DNA of 24,776 nt from a virus (Duplodnaviria > Heunggongvirae > Uroviricota > Caudoviricetes), in IMG/VR virus record IMGVR_UViG_2778261457_000006, positions 1 to 24,776 of that record; one strand, 5' to 3'. The translations under genes and the position numbers were made by a program. Each line of letters starts with the position of its first letter. Within the stretch, counting starts at the first letter, position 1. The notes beneath the pieces are model-generated. The model did no database searches. It was not told the DNA's origin and worked only from the letters and a program-made list of their open reading frames with translations. Positions 1 to 6,408 of the stretch are shown here, piece by piece.

Positions 1-174
1 ATGTATCGAGGGAATAATACACTTAAATCACTGATTGCCTTGTTTAGTGATATATCAAGAGATGAGTTAGCCTCAAGAATGACATCAATGCGACAGTATG
101 ATTCAGGTTCGTGTTCTGAATCATGTGAAGCATTTTCATGTCAGCTTGGATTTAATTTTGAGGATGCGGCATGA
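1..174 (+). CDS. ninD: NinD-like small protein (57 aa)
   Basis: ATG at window position 1, in-frame stop TGA 172-174 overlapping the ninE start (ATGA). Translation [42 protein letters not shown]... Position upstream of ninE matches lambda nin order. Below the 60-aa cutoff of the ORF track. The true start could lie upstream of the window. Confidence 0.5.
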   Translation: MYRGNNTLKSLIALFSDISRDELASRMTSMRQYDSGSCSESCEAFSCQLGFNFEDAA

Positions 175-353
175 GACGACAGCGACGAAGTATCACCGAC
201 ATAATCTGCGAAAACTGCAAATACCTTCCAACGAAACGCTCCAGAAATAAACGCAAGCCAATCCCAAAAGAATCTGACGTAAAAATCTTCAATTACACGG
301 CTCACCTGTGGGATATCCGGTGGCTAAGACATCGCGCGAGGAAAACAAGGTGA
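171..353 (+). CDS. ninE: NinE protein (60 aa)
   Basis: ORF track 171..353; translation [23 protein letters not shown]... matches recalled lambda NinE almost residue for residue. Confidence 0.8.
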   Translation: MRRQRRSITDIICENCKYLPTKRSRNKRKPIPKESDVKIFNYTAHLWDIRWLRHRARKTR

Positions 354-523
354 TTGACCCAAATCGAAGTTACGAACAAGAAAGCGTCGAGCGGGCTTTA
401 ACGTGCGCTAACTGCGGTCAGAAGCTGCATGTGCTGGAAGTTCACGTGTGTGAGCACTGCTGCGCAGAACTGATGAGCGATCCGAATAGCTCAATGTACG
501 AGGAAGAAGACGATGGTGATTAG
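350..523 (+). CDS. ninF: NinF protein (about 57 aa), probable GTG start overlapping ninE stop
   Basis: Translation [57 protein letters not shown] matches recalled lambda NinF (CxxC...CxxC). GTG 350-352 overlaps TGA 351-353 of ninE. The ORF track's upstream ATG at 308 lies inside ninE and is less likely. Confidence 0.65.
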   Translation: MIDPNRSYEQESVERALTCANCGQKLHVLEVHVCEHCCAELMSDPNSSMYEEEDDGD

Positions 524-875
524 CCGATACGGACAAATAACGTTTAAACATTTTCAAGACAATCCAACATGGGCTGCTGCGGCTGGATATGACTTTAATT
601 ATTTTGATTGTCTGTCAGTCGCATGTATTGCAACTACCAATGTTGCTAACAACATAATCGATGAATTCTTGGATTTTCCAGACTATCAGGTCAGAGAGTT
701 GCCTGCATTTTTTGTGAAAGTATCTGCTGCTACAGCTCTGTTATTTATTTTGTTATTCGCATATCCATTGCTTGCCGTATTTGTTTATGTGAGATGCAAA
801 CACTCACAAAAGAAATACAGCGGAGAGCATACCGATATTACCAGCCAAAATATGCGTGTGTGGTTGAGGAGATGA
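513..875 (+). CDS. hypothetical protein (120 aa) with C-terminal hydrophobic helix, AT-rich; not recognised
   Basis: ORF 513..875, ATG overlapping the ninF stop. Hydrophobic segment AATALLFILLFAYPLLAVFVYV followed by a basic tail. Visibly lower GC than the flanking nin genes. Occupies the position where lambda has ninG. Confidence 0.55.
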   Translation: MVISRYGQITFKHFQDNPTWAAAAGYDFNYFDCLSVACIATTNVANNIIDEFLDFPDYQVRELPAFFVKVSAATALLFILLFAYPLLAVFVYVRCKHSQKKYSGEHTDITSQNMRVWLRR

Positions 876-897
876 CAAGAGAAATGGGGGAGACGTC

Positions 898-1187
898 ATG
901 CTAACCTACGCAAAGAAGCACGCGGCAGAGAATGCCAGGTTCGTATTTACGGCATATGCAATGGCAATCCTGAAACTACAGTTCTGGCACATTACCGGAT
1001 GGCTGGAATTTGCGGAACGGGAATGAAACCTGACGACCTGATCGGCGCATGGGCTTGTAGCGCGTGTCAAGATGAAATCGACCGACGCACCCATAATCTC
1101 GACAACAAAGACGCCAGGCTTTACCACCTCGAAGGCGTGATCAGGACGCAGTCGATATTGCTGAAGGAGGGGACGATTAAGTCATGA
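898..1187 (+). pseudogene. ybcO: YbcO-like DUF1364 Cys-rich protein with apparent 1-nt frameshift after the start codon
   Basis: Frame-0 translation from about 900 reads ANLRKEARGRECQVRIYGICNGNPETTVLAHYRMAGICGTGMKPDDLIGAWACSACQDEIDRRTHNLD..., matching recalled DLP12 YbcO, but has no ATG/GTG/TTG before codon 999. The only RBS-served start (GGGGGAG 886-892, ATG 898) is in the +1 frame and terminates after 42 codons. Restoring one base after ATG (atgGctaac) would give MANLRKEARGREC... Confidence 0.6.
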
Positions 1188-1546
1188 GCGAATATCAGTT
1201 TGTGCTTCCATACCCGCCGTCGGTGAACACCTACTGGCGAAGACGGGGAAGCCAATACTACATCAGCGATAAAGGCCAGAAATACCGAAAAGACGTTCAG
1301 CAAATCATCCGCCAACTCAAGTTAGACATTTTCACCAAATCACGACTCCGCATCAAAGTCATCGCAGACGTTCCAGACTCCCGCCGCCGCGACCTCGATA
1401 ACATCCTGAAAGGTTTACTCGATTCCCTTATCCACGCCGGATTTGCGGAAGACGACGAGCAATTCGATGACATTCGCGTAATTCGTGGTGTGAAAGTACC
1501 AGGCGGAAGGCTTGGAATAAAAATCACCGAACTGGAGAACGTATGA
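1184..1546 (+). CDS. rusA: Holliday junction resolvase RusA (120 aa)
   Basis: ORF 1184..1546; translation shares hallmark motifs with recalled E. coli RusA (PPSVNTYW, RRRDLDN, GGRL..ITE). ATGA overlaps with the upstream and downstream genes. Confidence 0.9.
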   Translation: MSEYQFVLPYPPSVNTYWRRRGSQYYISDKGQKYRKDVQQIIRQLKLDIFTKSRLRIKVIADVPDSRRRDLDNILKGLLDSLIHAGFAEDDEQFDDIRVIRGVKVPGGRLGIKITELENV

Positions 1547-1731
1547 ACGCCACAATTCAAACGATACCAGAGCTTCTTATCCAGACACGAGGCAATCAGA
1601 CCGAAGTGGCGAGGATGCTTTCCTGCGCAAGAGGAACAGTGCTCAAGTACAACCGAGACAGCAAAGGCGAGCGTCACGTAATAGTTAACGGCGTCCTGAT
1701 GGTCAAACAGGGCAAAAGGGGAAGGCCATGA
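1543..1731 (+). CDS. ninH: NinH-like small HTH protein (62 aa)
   Basis: Translation ...TIPELLIQTRGNQTEVARMLSCARGTVLKYNRDSKGERHVIVNGVLMV... matches recalled lambda NinH (GNQTEVARRLKCSRGTVRKY). Confidence 0.8.
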   Translation: MNATIQTIPELLIQTRGNQTEVARMLSCARGTVLKYNRDSKGERHVIVNGVLMVKQGKRGRP

Positions 1732-2351
1732 GACTCGAAAGCGTAGCTAAATTTCATTCGCCAAAAAGCCCGATGATGAGCGACTCACCACGGGCTACGG
1801 CTTCTGACTCTCTTTCCGGTACTGATGTGATGGCTGCTATGGGGATGGCGCAATCACAAGCCGGATTCGGAATGGCTGCATTCTGCGGTAAGCATGAACT
1901 CAGCCAGAACGACAAACAAAAGGCTATCAACTATCTGATGCAATTTGCACACAAGGTATCGGGGAAATACCGTGGCGTGGCAAAGCTCGAAGGAAATACT
2001 AAGGCAAAGGTGCTGCAAGTGCTCGCAACATTCGCTTATGCGGATTATTGCCGTAGTGCCGCGACGCCGGGCGCAAGATGCAGAGATTGCCACGGTACAG
2101 GCCGTGCGGTTGATATCGCCAAAACAGAGCAGTGGGGGAGAGTTGTCGAGAAAGAGTGCGGAAGATGCAAAGGCGTCGGCTATTCCAGGATGCCAGCAAG
2201 CGCCGCATATCGCGCTGTAACGATGCTAATCCCAAACCTTACCCAACCCACCTGGTCACGCACTGTTAAGCCGCTGTATGACGCTCTGGTGGTGCAATGC
2301 CACAAGGAAGAGTCAATTGCAGACAACATTTTGAATGCGGTCACACGTTAG
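1728..2351 (+). CDS. Q: late gene antiterminator Q (207 aa), lambda type
   Basis: Full-length translation MRLESVAKFHSPKSPMMSDSPRATASDSL...CRDCHGTGRAVD...CGRCKGVGY... matches recalled lambda Q (zinc-finger Cys motifs, same length). Confidence 0.93.
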   Translation: MRLESVAKFHSPKSPMMSDSPRATASDSLSGTDVMAAMGMAQSQAGFGMAAFCGKHELSQNDKQKAINYLMQFAHKVSGKYRGVAKLEGNTKAKVLQVLATFAYADYCRSAATPGARCRDCHGTGRAVDIAKTEQWGRVVEKECGRCKGVGYSRMPASAAYRAVTMLIPNLTQPTWSRTVKPLYDALVVQCHKEESIADNILNAVTR

Positions 2352-2393
2352 CAGCATGATTGCCACGGATGGCAACATATTAACGGCATGATA

Positions 2394-2430
2394 TTGACTT
2401 TTTGAATAAAGTTGGGTAAATTTGACTCAA
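2394..2430 (+). promoter_or_regulatory. late promoter pR' (-35 TTGACT 2394-2399, 17-bp spacer, -10 TAAATT 2417-2422) with overlapping qut region
   Basis: Sigma70 hexamers read directly from the sequence with 17-bp spacing, about 45 bp after the Q stop. Matches the recalled lambda pR' sequence ttgact...gggtaaatttgactcaacgatggg. Confidence 0.75.
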
Positions 2431-2622
2431 CGATGGGTTAATTCGCTCGTTGTGGTAGTGAGATGAAAAGAGGCGGCGCTTACTACCGATTCCGCCTAGT
2501 TGGTCACTTCGACGTATCGTCTGGAACTCCAACCATCGCAGGCTGAGAGGTCTGTAAAATGCAATCCCGAAACAGTTCGCAGGTAATAGTTAGAGCCTGC
2601 ATAACGGTTTCGGGATTTTTTA
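2429..2622 (+). ncRNA. pR' leader transcript (lambda 6S RNA equivalent, about 194 nt) ending at tR'
   Basis: The distance from the predicted start (about 2429) to the end of the tR' U-tract (about 2621) equals the known length of the lambda 6S RNA. Ends are inferred, not measured. Confidence 0.5.
2564..2621 (+). terminator. tR' rho-independent terminator
   Basis: Inverted repeat atcccgaaac (2564-2573) / gtttcgggat (2607-2616) enclosing an inner cgcagg/cctgc hairpin, followed by TTTTTT (2616-2621). Confidence 0.7.
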
Positions 2623-2625
2623 TTT

Positions 2626-2700
2626 GGGTCAGTCGTATAAAGGTCATTACGGAAGGCTGTTAACCTTCTTATCGTGGTTCGAGTCCACGCTGTCCCGCCA
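2626..2700 (+). tRNA. tRNA-like gene, predicted anticodon GTT (Asn), slightly degenerate
   Basis: Hand-folded cloverleaf: acceptor gggtcag/ctgtccc (6 of 7 pairs, one T-T), perfect anticodon stem gaagg/ccttc with loop ctGTTaa, perfect T-stem cgtgg/ccacg with T-loop ttcgagt, discriminator g and encoded CCA 2698-2700. D-stem has only 3 pairs. Confidence 0.55.
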
Positions 2701-2705
2701 AATAT

Positions 2706-2781
2706 GCTGGTTTAGCTCCAATGGTAGAGCAGTCGCCTTGTAAGCGAATGGGTAGCGGTTCAAGTCCGTTAACCAGCACCA
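2706..2781 (+). tRNA. tRNA-Thr (anticodon TGT)
   Basis: Hand-folded cloverleaf: perfect 7-bp acceptor gctggtt/aaccagc, D-stem gctc/gagc with GG in the D-loop, anticodon loop ctTGTaa (U33, A37), T-arm agcgg-ttcaagt-ccgtt, discriminator a and encoded CCA 2779-2781. Confidence 0.75.
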
Positions 2782-3023
2782 TAACTGAGCCGTAGCCACT
2801 GGCTATCCTGAACTCATCAGTGATAGTTATGCTGCAGCCTTCTACACATGACTTTCGTGAAAGCGGGCGGCAAGAGGTTGCGCTAACAACCTCCTGCCGT
2901 TTTGCCCGTGCATATCGGTCACGAACAAATCTGATTACTAAACACAGTAGCCTGGATTTGTTCTATCAGTAATCGACCTTATTCCTAATTAAATAGAGCA
3001 AATCCCCTTATTGGGGGTAAGAC

Positions 3024-3347
3024 ATGAAGATGCCAGAAAAACATGACCTGTTAGCCGCCATTCTCGCGGCAAAGGAACAAGGCATCGGGGCAATCCTTGC
3101 GTTTGCAATGGCGTACCTTCGCGGCAGATATAATGGCGGTGCGTTTACAAAAACAGTAATCGACGCAACGATGTGCGCCATTATCGCCTGGTTCATTCGT
3201 GACCTTCTCGACTTCGCCGGACTAAGTAGCAATCTCGCTTATATAACGAGCGTGTTCATCGGCTACATCGGTACTGACTCGATTGGTTCGCTTATCAAAC
3301 GCTTCGCTGCTAAAAAAGCCGGAGTAGAAGATGGTGGAAATCAATAA
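3024..3347 (+). CDS. S: holin S (107 aa) with dual-start motif Met1-Lys2-Met3
   Basis: Translation [34 protein letters not shown]... matches recalled lambda S107/S105. ATG AAG ATG dual start with an upstream cccc..gggg hairpin (sdi-like) at about 3003-3016. Confidence 0.93.
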   Translation: MKMPEKHDLLAAILAAKEQGIGAILAFAMAYLRGRYNGGAFTKTVIDATMCAIIAWFIRDLLDFAGLSSNLAYITSVFIGYIGTDSIGSLIKRFAAKKAGVEDGGNQ

Positions 3348-3807
3348 TCAACGTAAGGCGTTCCTCGATATGCTGGCGTGGTCAGAGGGAACTGATAATG
3401 GACGGCAGAAAACCAGAAATCATGGTTATGACGTCATTGTAGGCGGAGAGCTATTCACTGATTACTCCGATCACCCTCGCAAACTTGTCACGCTAAACCC
3501 AAAACTCAAATCAACAGCTGCAGGTCGTTACCAGCTTCTTTCCCGTTGGTGGGATGCCTACCGCAAGCAGCTTGGCCTGAAAGACTTCTCTCCCAAAAGC
3601 CAGGACGCTGTTGCGCTGCAGCAGATTAAGGAGCGTGGCGCTTTACCGATGATTGATCGTGGTGATATTCGTCAGGCTATCGACCGTTGCAGCAATATCT
3701 GGGCTTCATTGCCGGGAGCTGGTTATGGTCAGTTCGAGCATAAGGCCGACAGTCTGATTTCAAAATTCAAAGAAGCAGGCGGAACGGTCAGAGAGATTGA
3801 GGTATGA
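3331..3807 (+). CDS. R: endolysin R (lytic transglycosylase, 158 aa)
   Basis: Translation [49 protein letters not shown]... matches recalled lambda R. Overlaps the S end as in lambda. Confidence 0.93.
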   Translation: MVEINNQRKAFLDMLAWSEGTDNGRQKTRNHGYDVIVGGELFTDYSDHPRKLVTLNPKLKSTAAGRYQLLSRWWDAYRKQLGLKDFSPKSQDAVALQQIKERGALPMIDRGDIRQAIDRCSNIWASLPGAGYGQFEHKADSLISKFKEAGGTVREIEV

Positions 3808-4262
3808 GCAGAGTAACCGCGATTATCTCCGCTCTGGTTATCTGCATCATCGTTTGCCTGTCATGGGCTGTTAATCATTACCGTGATAATGCCATCGCCT
3901 ACAAAGAACAGCGTGATAAAAAAGTCAGTGAGCTGAAGCAGGCGACCGCCACCATCTCTGACATGCAGCAGCGTCAGCGTGATGTTGCAGAACTTGACGC
4001 CAGATACACAAAGGAGCTTGCTGATGCTAACGCGACTATCGAAAGTCTCCGTGCTGATGTTTCTGCTGGTCGTAAGCGCCTGCAAGTCGCCGCCACCTGT
4101 GCAAAGTCAACGACCGGAGCCAGCGGCATGGGCGATGGAGAAAGCCCAAGACTTACAGCAGATGCTGAACTCAATTATTACCGTCTCCGAAGTGGAATCG
4201 ACAGGATAACCGCGCAGGTTAACTACTTGCAGGAATACATCAGGACTCAGTGCCTGAAATAA
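3804..4262 (+). CDS. Rz: spanin inner-membrane subunit Rz (152 aa)
   Basis: N-terminus [31 protein letters not shown]... matches recalled lambda Rz (N-terminal TM helix, then coiled coil). Central and C-terminal parts diverge from lambda. Confidence 0.88.
   Translation: MSRVTAIISALVICIIVCLSWAVNHYRDNAIAYKEQRDKKVSELKQATATISDMQQRQRDVAELDARYTKELADANATIESLRADVSAGRKRLQVAATCAKSTTGASGMGDGESPRLTADAELNYYRLRSGIDRITAQVNYLQEYIRTQCLK
4024..4209 (+). CDS. Rz1: spanin outer-membrane lipoprotein Rz1 (about 61 aa), embedded in Rz in the +1 frame
   Basis: +1-frame ORF inside Rz. AAGGAG (4011-4016) 7 nt before ATG 4024. Signal peptide [20 protein letters not shown] with lipobox VSAC, then Pro-rich mature region [14 protein letters not shown]. 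The ORF track's 3979 start is probably too far upstream. Confidence 0.7.
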   Translation: MLTRLSKVSVLMFLLVVSACKSPPPVQSQRPEPAAWAMEKAQDLQQMLNSIITVSEVESTG

Positions 4263-4294
4263 TTTTTTTTGCAAATCACAAAGTCCATTTAATG

Positions 4295-4318
4295 AGCCTC
4301 GCGATGCGGGGCTTTTTT
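4295..4318 (+). terminator. rho-independent terminator downstream of Rz
   Basis: Stem agcctcg/cggggct (7 bp with one G-U), 5-nt loop, then TTTTTT 4313-4318. Confidence 0.6.
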
Positions 4319-4465
4319 ATGTCCGCAGTAAACGCGCTTCACACGCGCGACTTATGAACACAGAGCCTTTCAGGATGACCCTTGAGGATGCCGGTTTGGT
4401 AATCGGTGCCTTTCTGTGGGCCGGAATCCTGTGTGACAAGGTTCATCACTAAAAGGTAATCACCG

Positions 4466-5008
4466 ATGAATTATCCAACTATCGTTGACGGCATTGATTT
4501 CAAAGAACTGGTTTTTATTACCAACAATGACCCTGTCACCGATTCATTTATGGTGGCGAAAGCATTTCGTAAGCGACATGACAACGTTGTGCGTGATGTA
4601 GAAAGAACTATCGCTGCTTGTCCTGAAGAGTTTGATACAAAACTCAATTTTGAGGTTTGCTATAAAAACAATGAGTTACAGAATGGTAAGCCACAAAAAT
4701 TCTATCGGCTACGTAAGGATGGGTTGATGCTTTTGGTTATGTCCTACACCAAAAAAGAAGCAATGCGTATCAAAATTGCTTACATCAACGCATTCAACTG
4801 GATGTACGCCATGCTTCAGGTTGGTCATCGTCAATTTGAAGAAGAGAGAAATGCCGTAATGCTGGAGTACATGAAAGAGAAGGATGTTGCCAGCATGTCA
4901 GGCCGCCTGCTTAATCGCTGGGGAAAAATTAAGAAGCCTCAGCTACTGGCGAGAATTGAACGCCTTGAACAGCACGGGCAAACCGTAATCCCCGGACTCA
5001 CCAATTAA
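4466..5008 (+). CDS. rha: Rha-family phage regulatory protein (180 aa)
   Basis: N-terminal ...ELVFITNNDPVTDSFMVAKAFRKRHDNVVRDVE... is the recalled Rha-family signature (F-KRHDNVLRDI). Confidence 0.75.
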   Translation: MNYPTIVDGIDFKELVFITNNDPVTDSFMVAKAFRKRHDNVVRDVERTIAACPEEFDTKLNFEVCYKNNELQNGKPQKFYRLRKDGLMLLVMSYTKKEAMRIKIAYINAFNWMYAMLQVGHRQFEEERNAVMLEYMKEKDVASMSGRLLNRWGKIKKPQLLARIERLEQHGQTVIPGLTN

Positions 5009-5166
5009 CGGCAGTACCACGAAACAACCCAAGCCAGTAAGTGGGGAAATAACACTGGCAGCCACTGAAAGATGAACCTCCAGCCTTATGGCAAAAAAGA
5101 TTCTTTGTGGTGGCGGACTGATGGAAAGACCTCCTAATCAAGCAACCACTCTACAGGGTCATAATT

Positions 5167-5538
5167 ATGAACGACCAGCAAATCGAAAAAGAAATCGTTG
5201 AGAAAGGCAAAACGGCGCCGCGCGTTACGCCAGACCATATCGAAGGCATTATTGCTCAGGAGGCATATTTCACAGCAGAGGATGGTGCCTTTGGCAAAGC
5301 CATAAAAGCGAAACATACTGGCGGAGAGGTAAACTACCAGCCGCACGAATCACTTTCTCTGCTGACGTTCTGCGTCCTGGTGCTGCGCAACGGCTTCACC
5401 GTCACCGGAGAGAGTGCCTGTGCAAGTCCGGAAAATTTTGATGCAGAAATTGGTCGGAAGATTGCCCGGCAGAATGCTGTAAACAAAATCTGGATGCTCG
5501 AAGGTTACTTGCTGAAGCAGAAGCTAAGCGAACAGTAG
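5167..5538 (+). CDS. Gp49-like protein (phage N4 gp49 / Sf6 gp66 family, 123 aa), function unknown
   Basis: Translation contains ...LLTFCVLVLRNGFTVTGESACASPENFDAEIGRKIARQNAVNKIWMLEGYLLKQ..., recalled as characteristic of this family, which often sits upstream of terS. Confidence 0.6.
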   Translation: MNDQQIEKEIVEKGKTAPRVTPDHIEGIIAQEAYFTAEDGAFGKAIKAKHTGGEVNYQPHESLSLLTFCVLVLRNGFTVTGESACASPENFDAEIGRKIARQNAVNKIWMLEGYLLKQKLSEQ

Positions 5539-5641
5539 TTATTACAAAAGCCATTCCCTACAGAGTGGCTTTGATAATGGCTTATACCCTACACGGGATA
5601 ACTTAACTGATATCCCTTTTAACGGATAAACGGAGCCAACA

Positions 5642-5884
5642 ATGGCAGAGATTATTCCCATGACTGAAGAACAGAAATTCAAGTTAGAAATTTACCGACT
5701 GCTATCTAAGAACAATTCAGCGGCAGAGGAAGCTTTTGCATTCATTGGTGCTGACCAGCTGAAACTGGAATTGTTCAAGTTGCACTACAACGATGGTGGT
5801 GCAAATCCAGACTTCACATCTCGCACTATCGAAGCGGTGCGTAAATCGAAGGAAGCGTTAGACCTGTTCACTACCGGAGCATGA
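5642..5884 (+). CDS. hypothetical protein (80 aa)
   Basis: ORF with GGAG about 7 nt upstream of the ATG; no family recognised. Confidence 0.45.
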   Translation: MAEIIPMTEEQKFKLEIYRLLSKNNSAAEEAFAFIGADQLKLELFKLHYNDGGANPDFTSRTIEAVRKSKEALDLFTTGA

Positions 5885-5913
5885 TGCTCAACCTGAAATA
5901 ACAACTAAGTGAG

Positions 5914-6408
5914 ATGAATATGGCAGCACCAAAGGGCAACCGATTTTGGGAGGCCCGCAGTAGTCATGGGCGAAACCCTAAATTCGAATCGCCTGAGGCG
6001 CTGTGGGCTGCTTGTTGTGAATACTTCGAGTGGGTGGAAACTAACCCGCTATGGGAGATGAAGGCGTTCTCGTATCAGGGTGAAGTGATACAAGAGCCTA
6101 TCGCCAAGATGCGAGCGATGACCATCACCGGACTCACTCTGTTCATTGATGTGACGCTTGAAACATGGCGCACATATCGCCTGCGAGAAGATTTATCTGA
6201 AGTCGTTACGCGAGCAGAGCAGGTCATCTACGACCAGAAATTCTCTGGCGCAGCCGCTGACCTTCTCAACGCTAATATCATCGCCCGTGATTTGGGCCTC
6301 AAAGAGCAGTCGCAAGTTGAAGACGTGACACCTGATAAGGGAGATCGCGATAAGCGACGCTCTCGTATCAAGGAGCTATTCAACCGTGGAACTGGACGCG
6401 ATTCTTGA
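5914..6408 (+). CDS. terminase small subunit (P22 gp3-like, 164 aa; alternative start at 5920)
   Basis: Translation ...[46 protein letters not shown]... matches recalled P22 gp3. 3' end overlaps terL. Confidence 0.88.
   Translation: MNMAAPKGNRFWEARSSHGRNPKFESPEALWAACCEYFEWVETNPLWEMKAFSYQGEVIQEPIAKMRAMTITGLTLFIDVTLETWRTYRLREDLSEVVTRAEQVIYDQKFSGAAADLLNANIIARDLGLKEQSQVEDVTPDKGDRDKRRSRIKELFNRGTGRDS
6188..6209 (+). other. candidate P22-type pac site (AAGATTTATCTGAAGTCGTTAC) inside terS
   Basis: The sequence gaagatttatctgaagtcgttacgcg lies near codon 92 of terS and matches my recollection of the P22 pac site, which lies inside gene 3. Recalled from memory, not verified. Confidence 0.5.

Noticed and set aside
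999-1187. Stand-alone 62-aa gene starting at ATG 999
   Set aside because: The conserved Cys-rich frame continues upstream to about 900 with clear similarity to the YbcO N-terminus, so 999 is only the first in-frame ATG of a longer, frameshift-disrupted gene.
1297-2235. Overlapping ORFs within rusA, ninH and Q (1297..1677 minus, 1854..2093 minus, 1945..2220 plus, 1999..2235 minus)
   Set aside because: Alternative-frame or antisense ORFs inside well-supported genes; Arg/Ser-rich low-complexity translations typical of frame artefacts.
2626-3023. Shiga-toxin-like cargo between the tRNAs and S, by analogy with Stx phages that carry tRNAs followed by stx after Q
   Set aside because: There is no ORF of adequate size between 2782 and 3023; the tRNAs are followed directly by the S leader.
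3979-4023. Rz1 starting at ATG 3979 (76 aa)
   Set aside because: No RBS, and the extension precedes a much better start (AAGGAG, then ATG 4024) that gives a canonical lipoprotein signal peptide.
5539-5641. Inverted repeat gggata...tatccc (about 5596-5617) upstream of the 80-aa ORF as a terminator
   Set aside because: Short stem with a 10-nt loop and no downstream U-tract; no support beyond the repeat itself.
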